A stretch of DNA of 59,865 nt, the filler included. It is 4 parts of 4 records of this genome, joined end to end, with 100 filler letters (N's around TTAATTAATTAA, not from the genome) between each part and the next. Parts side by side here need not be neighbours in the genome. Positions count along the whole stretch, not along the records: positions 6,350 to 31,651 come from SRR20825019_2563; positions 31,752 to 54,233 come from SRR20825019_2567; 2 more parts are not named here. The stretch is one strand, 5' to 3'. Position numbers and translations under genes: made by a program. Position 1 is the first letter of the stretch. Each line of letters opens with the position of its first letter. The notes under the pieces are model-generated. The model saw only the letters and a program-made list of their open reading frames with translations. It was not told the DNA's origin and did not search any database. This document shows, piece after piece, positions 27,916 to 38,053 of the stretch.

Positions 27916-28722
27916 CTACTTTGAACGTATAACAACTTGTCTATTCCCTTGTTTTTCTCGAAGCTCCACTAATAAATTTTCACGGCTGCCCAAGGTAACT
28001 TTGGGAATTACACAAACAAACCTTTGTTTGTATGCTGTTGGAACCCTAGAGGGCATACGGTACCTGTAGAGGGTATCCAACAATAATTTCTGATAGGAAG
28101 ACTTTTTACTTCCACTCCCCTGCTCTTTAAAGATCTGTATATAATCAACATCAAAATCAATCTTGGATTTGTTTTCGATTTCTAGGACCAGGTACGTTTC
28201 CTTTCCACAATAGCCCACTTCGCACAGCCGAAGAATAATTCCGTTCTTACGTTTAGACTTGAGCACCTTGGAACTTCGTTCCAAAAAATAATGGCTTGCC
28301 TTTCGGTACTGAACGGTGTCAGATTGCACAATGGCTTGTAACCTACTTTTTTCCTGTTGGCCCAAGGAATCCAAACGTTTTTTGATCAGCACATTTCCAA
28401 TAGCATCCTTCTTATCGATAAATCGATGGCTCTTCCTAAGCTGTTTTCCATAGGCCAGGTAAAAAGAATAGGCCAGACCGTCACTGGTCAACACCAGAAG
28501 GTTGCTGTCCGCACCAGGATGCCCTTGTAAAAGCCCCAGTCTTTCCGGTGTATCCGTGTTGTAACCAAACGTGTAGTTCGAATGCCCCGTGACCGCATTG
28601 GTAATTGGCTCAGCAAACAGTAAGGAAACAAGATGGGTTTCATTAACAATTAAGGTGTCGGTCTGGGCCTGAAGTGCTGTAATGGACCATACAAAAATGG
28701 ATATACGTTGAAGTGTTTTCAT
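27916..28722 (-). CDS. traN: Conjugative transposon TraN (DUF4138)
   Basis: Signal peptide MKTLQRISIF; SNLLVLTSDGLAYSF and C-terminal VELREKQGNR; follows traM. Confidence 0.85.
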   Translation of the reverse strand: MKTLQRISIFVWSITALQAQTDTLIVNETHLVSLLFAEPITNAVTGHSNYTFGYNTDTPERLGLLQGHPGADSNLLVLTSDGLAYSFYLAYGKQLRKSHRFIDKKDAIGNVLIKKRLDSLGQQEKSRLQAIVQSDTVQYRKASHYFLERSSKVLKSKRKNGIILRLCEVGYCGKETYLVLEIENKSKIDFDVDYIQIFKEQGSGSKKSSYQKLLLDTLYRYRMPSRVPTAYKQRFVCVIPKVTLGSRENLLVELREKQGNRQVVIRSK

Positions 28723-28732
28723 AAGGTTTGAT

Positions 28733-29638
28733 TTAAGGTTTAAGTAAAAGTTGATAGCCGTCAAGGATAGTTACCTGAACGGTTCGGTTGGAACGCCTGA
28801 AGACTTGTTTGATACCGCCCAACTGGGGCATCCCCGGAAGGTTGATATCCTGGACGGCATCGTCCATCACTTCCCGTACAGCTTCTTCCCTATAGCTGTT
28901 CTCGATATAAATGCCTTCCCGTCCATCCATCGTATCATAGGCTTTCAAGTGGACCGGGTGCTGACCAATATGGTCAATGGATACAAAGACCCGATGGGTC
29001 CTAAAGGAGATAAAGCCATAGAGCAAGGCATTACGCTTAAAAACTTTACCATCGAGCTTAATATTCTCCCTTAACCGAAGTTCGAGACGGTTTTTGGCCC
29101 GCACCCGTTGTTCTCCATTGACCATGGCCTGGATTGCAACGGGTGGATGAACACTATCACGCTTAATTGCCTTGGTGGTAAAAAAAGCGCTATGGGCCGT
29201 TGAAAAATCAATACGTTCTTGTTCTGATATTATGTGAGGGTTATGCGTTTCAGATTTTATTTCACTATCCTTTTGGGTCCCTGGTTTAGGCTTTCTGTAC
29301 ATCCCTTCTCCATAGTCGATACGTCCCTCCCTGTAGATACTGTCAACGATACGCTGACGTTCCTTATCCTCCAGTGTAGTGTCATAGCCCCCCGTGGAGT
29401 CGATATACTGTTCTCCGTAGAGGCTTGGTTTTGGCCTTTCCCGTTCCTCCTTGATGGCATCCACGGCTTCCAATTTGGAGCGGTACTCCTCAGGTTCTTC
29501 CGTCAATGTGGGCACCTTCGGCTGTTTTAGCTCCCCATCTCCCGATTCCTTATCCATTGAAAGGGCGTAGAGTACTATAAACCCGAGTAAGCAGACCAAC
29601 AGCCCTATGAATAACAGTTTGTTTCTTTCCAGTTTCAT
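28733..29638 (-). CDS. traM: Conjugative transposon TraM (VirB10-like)
   Basis: N-terminal TM helix; RLELRL, AYDTMDGREGIYI and VTILDGYQLLLK motifs. Confidence 0.88.
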   Translation of the reverse strand: MKLERNKLLFIGLLVCLLGFIVLYALSMDKESGDGELKQPKVPTLTEEPEEYRSKLEAVDAIKEERERPKPSLYGEQYIDSTGGYDTTLEDKERQRIVDSIYREGRIDYGEGMYRKPKPGTQKDSEIKSETHNPHIISEQERIDFSTAHSAFFTTKAIKRDSVHPPVAIQAMVNGEQRVRAKNRLELRLRENIKLDGKVFKRNALLYGFISFRTHRVFVSIDHIGQHPVHLKAYDTMDGREGIYIENSYREEAVREVMDDAVQDINLPGMPQLGGIKQVFRRSNRTVQVTILDGYQLLLKP

Positions 29639-29644
29639 AAGTCT

Positions 29645-30262
29645 TTATTTGGTTTGTGGTTCCAGTTTTCGGAGGGAATCCTCATAGAAATCGATGATCA
29701 GCAATCCATGTGGATTGTGCGGGAAGTTCCGATCCACAGTAATGAGTTTCCCCGATGTTTCCAATTGGTAGCAGTCGGTGATCGTGCCCCTATGGACCTC
29801 AAATAAGGTCCTTGCCCGAAAACCATAGGGTTCCGAGTTTAGGTCCAGTTCAATGTCCACCTGATCGATCTGTTGGCGCAGGGAGAACTGTACCAAACGG
29901 TTGTATACCCCATCCAACTTTTTCTGTCGATAAATGGCATCTACAGAAGCATCCCCCAACCAGAGCGCCTTTTCCAGATGGCTTCGGTAATCGGTACCGT
30001 CAATCCCATAGAACAGCCGATGGAACCGGTCGATGTGGGCCAGGGCCTCCACTTCCCGTTTGTCCTTTTGATCGACCAGTTTCAACGGTACAACTGTACC
30101 GTTCGCACCTATCGCAAAGGCGGAATTCAATAGTTTCTCCTGATAATGGTGCAGCAGGCCCAAGGAAAGTCCACTGGTCAATAGACAGAGTATGACCACG
30201 GCCAAAACGATAAAACGGTTTAGGCGAAGGATGTCGGTGATGTTCCTGTATATTTTTTTCAT
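29645..30262 (-). CDS. traK: Conjugative transposon TraK (VirB8-like)
   Basis: AHIDRFHRLFY, KALWLGDAS and NPHGLLI motifs. Confidence 0.88.
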   Translation of the reverse strand: MKKIYRNITDILRLNRFIVLAVVILCLLTSGLSLGLLHHYQEKLLNSAFAIGANGTVVPLKLVDQKDKREVEALAHIDRFHRLFYGIDGTDYRSHLEKALWLGDASVDAIYRQKKLDGVYNRLVQFSLRQQIDQVDIELDLNSEPYGFRARTLFEVHRGTITDCYQLETSGKLITVDRNFPHNPHGLLIIDFYEDSLRKLEPQTK

Positions 30263-30289
30263 AGCTTTTATGTTAAAGATTGAGTTATG

Positions 30290-31114
30290 TTAGGCACCTC
30301 CTGAAAATAGCCGGAAGGTGAAGGTCGTGGCCCGTTTGTAGAGTTTGAATTTCAATAACACGATAAAGCCGATACCTGCCAGTTCGATTACAGGAGCGAA
30401 CAGCTCGCTACCAAAATCCGTCCCAAAAAGGTTGGGCCAGAAACTCTCCACTACTTCCTGATAGAGGGTATTGACAAAAACATTGACCAAAAAGAAGGCA
30501 GGGACGATCATATATACCGCGGCATAGAGCCTGAAGAAGCGGTACCCCATTTCACGGAATTTCTCAAAGACCGCCATACTGATGACCAAAGGAAAAAAGG
30601 CCTGCATTACCCCAAGGATAAAATAGCGTTCGGCCAAAAAAAGCGGGTAAATGAACAGGTCCATTATCCAAAGGACCACACTCCCCATCCAAGCAAGGGT
30701 CCGGAGTCCCAAAAAAGGAGTGGACAGCCATTCATATAGCAACCCCATAGCTTTGGACGCTGCATCCAACAATCCCGGTTCTTCCGTTACTTCGACCTCT
30801 TGTAGGCCAAGTGGTATAAGTTCCGGTGCCGTTTCCCTATACTGTCCCTCGATGGCCACCAGTATGGTATCAAAAGTGCCCAATACTTCTGTGGAGAACA
30901 GTACTACGAGCACTACCGCAAAGTTCCGGATCAGATCGGTCGGGGTCAGCCCCCAGGTCAATCCTGTCCGGGTCGTTCCGCCCTCATAGTATTTTTTGAT
31001 GATGTTGATCAAAAAGAACAGCACGGCCAAGGCCTTCATCCCTCCAATGGTATAGGAGGCAAAACTGCTGTCCATAATGGTCTGGAAGACCGCATCCACA
31101 TATTCAAGTCCCAT
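30290..31114 (-). CDS. traJ: TraJ-like multi-TM protein (VirB6-like)
   Basis: Several hydrophobic helices; position between traI and traK. Confidence 0.7.
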   Translation of the reverse strand: MGLEYVDAVFQTIMDSSFASYTIGGMKALAVLFFLINIIKKYYEGGTTRTGLTWGLTPTDLIRNFAVVLVVLFSTEVLGTFDTILVAIEGQYRETAPELIPLGLQEVEVTEEPGLLDAASKAMGLLYEWLSTPFLGLRTLAWMGSVVLWIMDLFIYPLFLAERYFILGVMQAFFPLVISMAVFEKFREMGYRFFRLYAAVYMIVPAFFLVNVFVNTLYQEVVESFWPNLFGTDFGSELFAPVIELAGIGFIVLLKFKLYKRATTFTFRLFSGGA

Positions 31115-31125
31115 AACGATGTTCT

Positions 31126-31651
31126 TTAATAGTTCAATTTTCTGTCCTTGATAAGGGTCTGCATTTTCCGAAAGGAGATCACCATATCATATCTCCTTTT
31201 TTTGAGTTTGATATCCGCCAACATCCTTTGGGATGCCTCTCGCTGGCCCTCCAAAATCTCCAAGCGCTCCGCATCGCTCATGTTCAAAAAATCATTGCTG
31301 AGTACTTGTTCCATAAATTCCAGCTGATTTAGGGAATGTTCCATGATGCCATTAAAGGCATTGGTGATGACCTCCACTTCATCCCCATGGATATAGGGAG
31401 AGTTCAATACTTCCCTTAGGTCGTCCCCGACCATTTCGAAAAGCTCTTCATTGTTTTTGGTAATGTCCCTGACCGCTTGGTATTGCCTAACGGCATTGTT
31501 TACCTTTTCTATCTTTTCCCTAACGGCATTGAGTTCTTCCGCCATCTTTAAGAGTTCTGCGGTCTGCTTGGCCGATTCGATCAACTGTTTGCCCAAGGAC
31601 AAAAAATTGGTGTTGTCATATACCGGCATCCCCTGGGCCGTAGCACGGCCG
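31126..31651 (-). CDS. traI: TraI-like (DUF4141-type) protein, 5'-truncated
   Basis: ...ATAQGMPVYDNTN and LNMSDAERL motifs. The frame stays open to the contig edge. Confidence 0.7.
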
Positions 31652-31751
31652 NNNNNNNNNNNNNNNNNNNNNNNNNNNNNNNNNNNNNNNNNNNNTTAAT
31701 TAATTAANNNNNNNNNNNNNNNNNNNNNNNNNNNNNNNNNNNNNNNNNNNN
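31652..31751. other. Artificial contig linker
   Basis: N44-TTAATTAATTAA-N44. Confidence 0.99.
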
Positions 31752-33146
31752 GTGATGCCCGCAGGCATTGATGCAGCCGGAAATGTTCAGCGTGATCGGG
31801 CCGATCTCGGATTGCAGGGCCGGGTCGGAAAAATGCCGGCTAAGGCGCTGTGCGATCGGGATCGCCCGGGCGTTTGCAAGGTTGCAGTAGTCGAGCCCCG
31901 GGCAGGAGATGATGTCCGTGATCAGGCCGATATTGGCGTCCGCTAGGCCGTGCTCGCCAAGAGCCTGCCAAAGCGTGTGCAGATCCTGCTTGCGGACATA
32001 AGGCAGGACCACGTTCTGCTCATGCGCGATGCGCAGCTCGCCGAGCGAATATTTTTCCGCCAGATCGGCCAGTGCTTCCATCTGCTCCGCCGTGGCATCG
32101 CCCGGCACCCCGCCCGCAGGTTTCAAGGAGACCGTGACGATGGAGTAGCCCGGCTGCTTGTGCGGGAAGAGATTGGTCCGGGTCCAGGCGGCAAAGGCCG
32201 GATCGGTGAAGCGCGCGGCATCGTACGGCGCGACCGGCTCCGCGATGGTCTCATAGGTCGGCGGCGCGAAATGCCGTTCGATCTCCGCGATCTTCGCGGC
32301 GTCCAGCGTCAGTGCGCTGTCCTTGATCTCCAGCCACTCCTCCTCGACCATTTCAGCGAATTTCTCGATACCGACGGCGGCGACCAGGATCTTGATCCGG
32401 GCCTTGTAGAGATTGTCCCGGCGGCCAAGCAGGTTATAGGTCCGCAGGATTGCCTCGAGATATGACAGCAGATGCTGCTTCGGCAGGAACTCTCGGATCG
32501 TCTCACCGACGATGGGCGTACGTCCCTGCCCGCCGCCAACAATCACTTCGAAGCCGACGTCACCGGCATCGTTGCGGCGCATGCGCAAGCCGATATCGTG
32601 GAGCTTCACCGCCGCCCGGTCGTTCTCCGAGCCAGTAATGGCGATCTTGAACTTGCGCGGCAGGAAGGTGAATTCCGGGTGCAGCGTGGACCATTGCCGC
32701 ATGATTTCGGCCCAGACACGGGAATCCTCGATCTCGTCGGCGGCAACGCCGGCGAACTGATCGGCGGTCACGTTCCGAATGCAGTTTCCGCTGGTCTGAA
32801 TCGCGTGCATCTCGACATCGGCGAGCGCGTCCAGAATATCCGGCACATCGTCCAGCTTCGTCCAGTTGTACTGGATGTTCTGGCGGGTGGTGAAATGCCC
32901 CCAGTTACGGTCCCAACGCCGGGCGATATAGCCGAGCTGGCGCATCTGCGCGGCGGAAAGCGTGCCATAGGGGATCGCGACACGCAGCATATAGGCATGA
33001 AGCTGCAGATAGAGGCCGTTCATCAGGCGCAGCGGCTTGAACTCGTCCTCGGTCAGCTCACCGGCGATCCGGCGCGCAACCTGATCCCGGAATTCCGCGG
33101 TGCGGTCCCGGACGAAGGCGTGATCGAATTCGTTATAGGTATACAT
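31752..33146 (-). CDS. cysI: Sulfite reductase haemoprotein (nitrite/sulfite reductase), 3'-truncated
   Basis: Start MYTYNEFD; FKPLRLMNGLYLQLHAYMLRVAIPYG, CPGLDYCNLA and SGCINACGHH motifs. Confidence 0.93.
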
Positions 33147-33150
33147 CGCG

Positions 33151-33456
33151 TCAAACCAATGGAGTGGTTGCGGGAAGGTCGGTGCCGACGGTCGGCCCGG
33201 CCGCGCGGATGATTTCGCGCTGGCTGACCGGTGCAATGCCGGTTTCGGAAACGGATACGGCGAACAGATAGGTGCTCACGACCTCCTGCCGGGCGGCTGA
33301 CGCAGCGGCACGCGCCTCAAGTGCGGCTGCAGCCTCATCGCCGTCGGCAACCTCCGCATCGTCGAGCGCCAGAACCCAGTCATTGTCATCGGCGAGGTAA
33401 ACAACAGCGCCATCACCCAGACGGTTGGCGGTCATGACCTTGGTCGTCACTTTCAT
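33151..33456 (-). CDS. DUF2849 protein
   Basis: KVMTANRLGDGAVVYL...REIIRAAGPT; typical neighbour of cysI. Confidence 0.88.
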   Translation of the reverse strand: MKVTTKVMTANRLGDGAVVYLADDNDWVLALDDAEVADGDEAAAALEARAAASAARQEVVSTYLFAVSVSETGIAPVSQREIIRAAGPTVGTDLPATTPLV

Positions 33457-33468
33457 TCTCTTCAGTTC

Positions 33469-34884
33469 CTAAACGGCGAGGCGCCGGCCCTCAGGGACCA
33501 CGGCCTCAAAAATTTCACCTTCAGCAAGCGCGGCCACATCACCGAGAACGATCAACGCAGGGGCAGAAACCTGACGCTCGGCAACCATTCCGGCGAGATC
33601 GGCCAGAGTTGTTTTCAGGATGCGTTGGTCCGGCAGGGTCGCCTTTTCGATTACGGCAACCGGCGTTTCCGGCGCACGGCCAGAAGCGAGCGCCGTCTCC
33701 ATGATCCGTGGTGCGGCGCCGAGGCCCATATAGATGACGACTGTGCCCTTGGTATCGGCCAGCACATGGCTGTCGAATTCGGACACCCCGTTCCGGTCAT
33801 GCCCGGTCAGAATGGTCAGCCGATTGGCATGATCCCGATGGGTCAGCGGCAGGCCGGCGGCGGATGCCGCGCCGAGCGCTGCCGTCACACCCGGAACGGT
33901 CTCGACGGCAATTCCCCGTTCTTTCAGATAGGCCAGTTCCTCACCACCCCGGCCGAAGATAAACGGATCCCCGCCCTTAAGGCGCACCACGCGGCTGCCT
34001 GCTTCGGCATGTTTGGCCAGCAACGCGTTGATCTCGTCCTGACTGTAAGAATGCTGCCCTGCCCGCTTGCCGACATCGATTCGAATGGAATCCCGCCGGA
34101 CATAATCCAGCATGGTCGGACCGATCAGCGCGTCATGCACGATCACATCCGCATCCTGCATCAAACGCAGCGCCTTCAGGGTCAGCAGATCAGGGTCGCC
34201 CGGCCCGGCACCGACCAGGGCAACACTGCCCGAAGAGTTGTCTCGCTGACGCCGGGAGCCATTGACCAGCCGCAACATGGCTTCCCGCCCGGCCGCTTCC
34301 CGGCCCGCAAGCACGTCATTCGCGATGCTCCCGTCGAAAACAGTCTCCCAGAACATGCGGCGCTCACCGCCATCCGAGATAGCCGACATCACGGCACTGC
34401 GAAAACTCTGGGCGAACCGTGCCAGAGCGCCGAGCCGGACCGGCAGGGTGCGTTCGATCTGCTCCCGGATCCGGCGGACCATGACCGGTGCCGCCCCTTC
34501 GCTGCCGATGGCAACCACGATCGGATCACGGTCCACGATACCGGGGATAATGAAAGTTGAAAGATCAGGACGGTCGACGACATTGGTCGGGATGCCGGTG
34601 TCGCGGACTTGCCGCGCCAGCCGGTCAACATCCAGAGCCTCGGCATCACCAATAATAGCGAGGCGCACACCTTCAAGGTCATGTGCCTCGAAACCGCGGT
34701 GGCGCAGCTCAATGCGGCCAGCTGCAGCATGCGCTTCGATTTCGGCATTCGGCGCGGAAGTCACAACCCGGATGTTCGCTTCCGTCTTCAACAGAAGGCG
34801 CAGCTTGCGGGCGGTGTCTTCATTGCCGCCGACCAGAAGCACGTGTTGGCCGGCAAGGTCGGCGAATATCGGAAAATACTTCAT
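33469..34884 (-). CDS. cysG: Sirohaem synthase
   Basis: MKYFPIF N-terminal domain; LVGAGPGDPDLLT and RLKGGDPFIFGRGGEE motifs. Confidence 0.95.
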   Translation of the reverse strand: MKYFPIFADLAGQHVLLVGGNEDTARKLRLLLKTEANIRVVTSAPNAEIEAHAAAGRIELRHRGFEAHDLEGVRLAIIGDAEALDVDRLARQVRDTGIPTNVVDRPDLSTFIIPGIVDRDPIVVAIGSEGAAPVMVRRIREQIERTLPVRLGALARFAQSFRSAVMSAISDGGERRMFWETVFDGSIANDVLAGREAAGREAMLRLVNGSRRQRDNSSGSVALVGAGPGDPDLLTLKALRLMQDADVIVHDALIGPTMLDYVRRDSIRIDVGKRAGQHSYSQDEINALLAKHAEAGSRVVRLKGGDPFIFGRGGEELAYLKERGIAVETVPGVTAALGAASAAGLPLTHRDHANRLTILTGHDRNGVSEFDSHVLADTKGTVVIYMGLGAAPRIMETALASGRAPETPVAVIEKATLPDQRILKTTLADLAGMVAERQVSAPALIVLGDVAALAEGEIFEAVVPEGRRLAV

Positions 34885-35086
34885 TGCTGGCTGTCCGATT
34901 GGCGAAACGTAAATCTAAAAATCGACCGCGTTCCCGTTACCGGGCTTGGAGGGGTATTGAACTCTCAACGCTCCTGAAATATCATTATTTTTCCCAAATC
35001 GACAATATGACCCTACCAAAAAGAAAATATCGTTCTCATATATGAAACACAGAGAACGCGGCTGTCACAAAACAGGAAAATTAAGA

Positions 35087-35536
35087 ATGGATGACATGGA
35101 CCGAAAGATCCTGCGGCTCTTGCAGGAAGACAGCAGCATCTCCGTTTCGGATATTGCCCGGCTTGTCGGGCTCTCCGCTTCGCCTTGCTGGAAACGAATC
35201 AATCGCATGCAGGCGGAGGGATTGATAAAGCGCCAGGTGGCTGTTCTGGACGCGGACAAACTGGGCTATGGCCTGACAGTATTCGTCAGCATCAAGACCG
35301 GAGAGCATTCCGGCGGCTGGCTAAAATCCTTCGCCGACTCCGTCCAGGGCATGCCGGAAGTGCTCGAATTTCATCGGATGGCGGGCGAAGTGGACTACAT
35401 GCTGAAAGTTGTCGTTCCCGACATGAAAAGCTTCGACCTGTTCTACAAGAACCTTGTCGAACTCACAGCACTCAGCGAAGTCACGTCACGTTTCTCTATG
35501 GAGACAATCAAGGAAACGACAGCCTTGCCTGTGTGA
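35087..35536 (+). CDS. Lrp/AsnC regulator (DecR-like)
   Basis: MDDMDRKILRLLQ...GLSASPCWKRI...RMAGEVDYML; divergent from the cys genes. Confidence 0.9.
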   Translation: MDDMDRKILRLLQEDSSISVSDIARLVGLSASPCWKRINRMQAEGLIKRQVAVLDADKLGYGLTVFVSIKTGEHSGGWLKSFADSVQGMPEVLEFHRMAGEVDYMLKVVVPDMKSFDLFYKNLVELTALSEVTSRFSMETIKETTALPV

Positions 35537-35790
35537 GCCCCGCCCTGATTCGACCATATTTCGAGTTTTAAAATCGAGAAATTGATATTTTCTAACTCTA
35601 GAGAGGGGCTGTTGAGCAAATTTATACCGCATTGTTACAATCAGCGTGAAGAATGGTTGCCAAATCAAAAATTCGAACGCACTAATTTCGCGAGCTGCGA
35701 ATAGGCACTTGTAACGTGTGCGGTCAGTGGCTTCACTCTGCGAACCAATTCGCACTGATGAATGAACAAAAGAACTAGGGAGCTTTAACA

Positions 35791-36897
35791 ATGAAACGTC
35801 GTGATTTTATCACCAAAGCTGGGCTTGCCAGCGTCGGCGGCGCCACAGCCGTTGCAGCAGCATCCTCCTTCCCGAAACCGGCGCTTGCCCAAGAACGCAT
35901 CGAGATGGTGATCGTCTCGACCTGGGGCCGCGACTTCCCGGGTCTCGGAACCAACGCGCAGCTTCTCGCAAAGCGCCTTGGAGATGTGTCTGACGGCCGT
36001 ATCCATGTCGAATACTTCGCCGCTGGCGAACGTGTCGGCGCTTTCGACTCGTTTGACGAAGTCGCTTCCGGTAACGCGCAGGCTTATCACGCCGCTGATT
36101 ACTACTGGAAAGGCAAGCATCCGGCCTGGGCGTATTTCACGTCCGTACCGTTCGGCCTGACCGCCAGCGAAATGAGCGCCTGGGTCCACCACATGGGCGG
36201 CCAGGAGCTCTGGGACGAACTGGCTGGCGAATATGGCCTCAAGTGCCTTCCGGCCGGTAACACCGGTGTGCAGATGGGCGGCTGGTTCAACAAGGAAATC
36301 AACAGCGCCGACGATCTCAAGGGCCTGAAGATGCGTATCCCGGGCCTCGGCGGCGACGTCATGGCCAAGCTGGGCGCCTCTCCGGTTTCCCTGCCGGGCG
36401 GCCAGATCTATGAAAACCTTGTTTCCGGCGCCATCGAGGCAACGGAATGGGTTGGCCCGTGGAACGATTATGCGATGAAGTTCTACGAAGCCACCAAGTA
36501 CTACTACTTCCCGGGCATGCATGAGCCGGGCGGGTTCGACTCTCTCGGCATGAACGCCTCCTGGTGGGGTGGTCTCAGCAAGGCCGATCAGGCACTCATC
36601 ACCGCCGTTGCTCACCAGACCAACGACTGGATGATGGCCGAATACAACGCCAAGAACGGTGAATACCTCCGTAAGCTGGTCGACGAGCAGGGCGTTGTCG
36701 TCAAGGAATTCAACGACGACGTCTATGACGCATTCGGTGGAGCCGCTCAGGAAGTCTTCGAGGAAACCAAGGCGCACAGCGATCTGGCTCTCCGCGTTCA
36801 CGAGAGCTTCGAGCATGCCCGGAGCGAAGCCGGTGGCTGGCTGAAGCTTGCCGATGTCGGCTACTCCCAGAAGCGCAACCGGGTGCTTGGCCTCTAA
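35791..36897 (+). CDS. dctP: TRAP solute-binding protein (TakP-type, Tat-exported)
   Basis: MKRRDF, YYWKGK, GNTGVQMGGWF and KMRIPGLGG motifs. Confidence 0.93.
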   Translation: MKRRDFITKAGLASVGGATAVAAASSFPKPALAQERIEMVIVSTWGRDFPGLGTNAQLLAKRLGDVSDGRIHVEYFAAGERVGAFDSFDEVASGNAQAYHAADYYWKGKHPAWAYFTSVPFGLTASEMSAWVHHMGGQELWDELAGEYGLKCLPAGNTGVQMGGWFNKEINSADDLKGLKMRIPGLGGDVMAKLGASPVSLPGGQIYENLVSGAIEATEWVGPWNDYAMKFYEATKYYYFPGMHEPGGFDSLGMNASWWGGLSKADQALITAVAHQTNDWMMAEYNAKNGEYLRKLVDEQGVVVKEFNDDVYDAFGGAAQEVFEETKAHSDLALRVHESFEHARSEAGGWLKLADVGYSQKRNRVLGL

Positions 36898-36919
36898 ACT
36901 CAGCGTTTTCTTAACGCGT

Positions 36920-36951
36920 ACCGAGGCGGGATACCCTAATCCCGCCTCGGT
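36920..36951 (+). terminator. Hairpin after dctP (mRNA stabiliser/terminator)
   Basis: 13-bp stem ACCGAGGCGGGAT/ATCCCGCCTCGGT. Confidence 0.7.
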
Positions 36952-36971
36952 CCTATAAGAGATTTCAAGAA

Positions 36972-38030
36972 ATGTCCGAATCAACCAACGTCTCCGCGTT
37001 TAACCGGAATGGCGAGCGTTACCAGACGTCTGTCTCCGCCTTTACCCGCATATTCTGCTGGGCAAGCGTCGGACTCACGCTGATGTTCATTCTAAACAAT
37101 TACCTGATCTTCTGGCGGGATTGGCCGGGCTTTCTGACGCTCGCGGACCATCTGGGAGTCTTCGGTCCCAGCAGTCTGAAAAAGCCGCTGGAGGGAACCG
37201 CCCTGCTGCTGGGCTGGATTCAGGCCTTAAGCTACTTTGTCTGTATAGCTGGCGCAGCCTTCTACACAATTCGCACCCCCGACCGGCCGCTGCGGCAGGA
37301 TTCCGAGGCCATGGTCAAGATAGCGGCCTATATCGTCCGCTCTGCCTTCTGGGCGGTAATCTTCGTTGGGCTGGCGGATATGATCATTTCATTCCTACGT
37401 GTTGAAGACTGGCTCACAACACTGGTCGGTAGTGAGCTGACAACGTCCCTTGGACGCTCACAGTTCCGTGGCGCCTACGTCCATATCCCGCTCATACTGG
37501 TTGGATGTGTCGTGGCTGCCTTTACCCGTTCGCTCGGCTTCACATGGCTTGCCCTACTTGTGGTCGCAGCAGAACTAGGGATCGTGATCAGCAGGTTCAT
37601 TTTCTCTTACGAGCAGGCCTTCCAGGGAGATCTCGTCCGGTTCTGGTACGGCGCCCTCTTCCTGTTTGCGAGCGCTTACACACTCTACGAAGACGGACAC
37701 GTCCGGGTCGACGTACTGTATGCCGGCCTGACAACACGGATACGTGGCCTGATCAACATCTGGGGCTCGCTGCTGCTCGGCATGACATTGTGTGTCACCG
37801 TCATGACGCTTGGCATGTGGAGCAAGTCCGCAATCATCAACAGCCCGATGTTGAGCTTTGAAGTGTCTCAATCCGGCTTCGGCATGTACGTCAAATATCT
37901 GATGGCCAGTTTCCTCGGAATATTTGCTGTGACGATGATGATTCAATTTGCCAGCTATATCCTGGAAAGCCTTGCCGATTATCGAGACGAACCCGGCCGA
38001 CGCGAAATCGGCGGATCCTCGGCACATTAA
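36972..38030 (+). CDS. dctQ: TRAP small permease, elongated (352 aa)
   Basis: AYTLYEDGHVRVDVLY motif in the C-terminal half, with extra N-terminal TM helices. Confidence 0.85.
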   Translation: MSESTNVSAFNRNGERYQTSVSAFTRIFCWASVGLTLMFILNNYLIFWRDWPGFLTLADHLGVFGPSSLKKPLEGTALLLGWIQALSYFVCIAGAAFYTIRTPDRPLRQDSEAMVKIAAYIVRSAFWAVIFVGLADMIISFLRVEDWLTTLVGSELTTSLGRSQFRGAYVHIPLILVGCVVAAFTRSLGFTWLALLVVAAELGIVISRFIFSYEQAFQGDLVRFWYGALFLFASAYTLYEDGHVRVDVLYAGLTTRIRGLINIWGSLLLGMTLCVTVMTLGMWSKSAIINSPMLSFEVSQSGFGMYVKYLMASFLGIFAVTMMIQFASYILESLADYRDEPGRREIGGSSAH

Positions 38031-38053
38031 GATCTGAAGAGCGAACCTGACTG

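Larger units (their letters stand above)
27916..31651 (-). mobile_element. Bacteroidota-type conjugative (ICE/CTn) tra module, partial
   Basis: Syntenic traI-traJ-traK-traM-traN-like genes, running off the contig end. Confidence 0.88.
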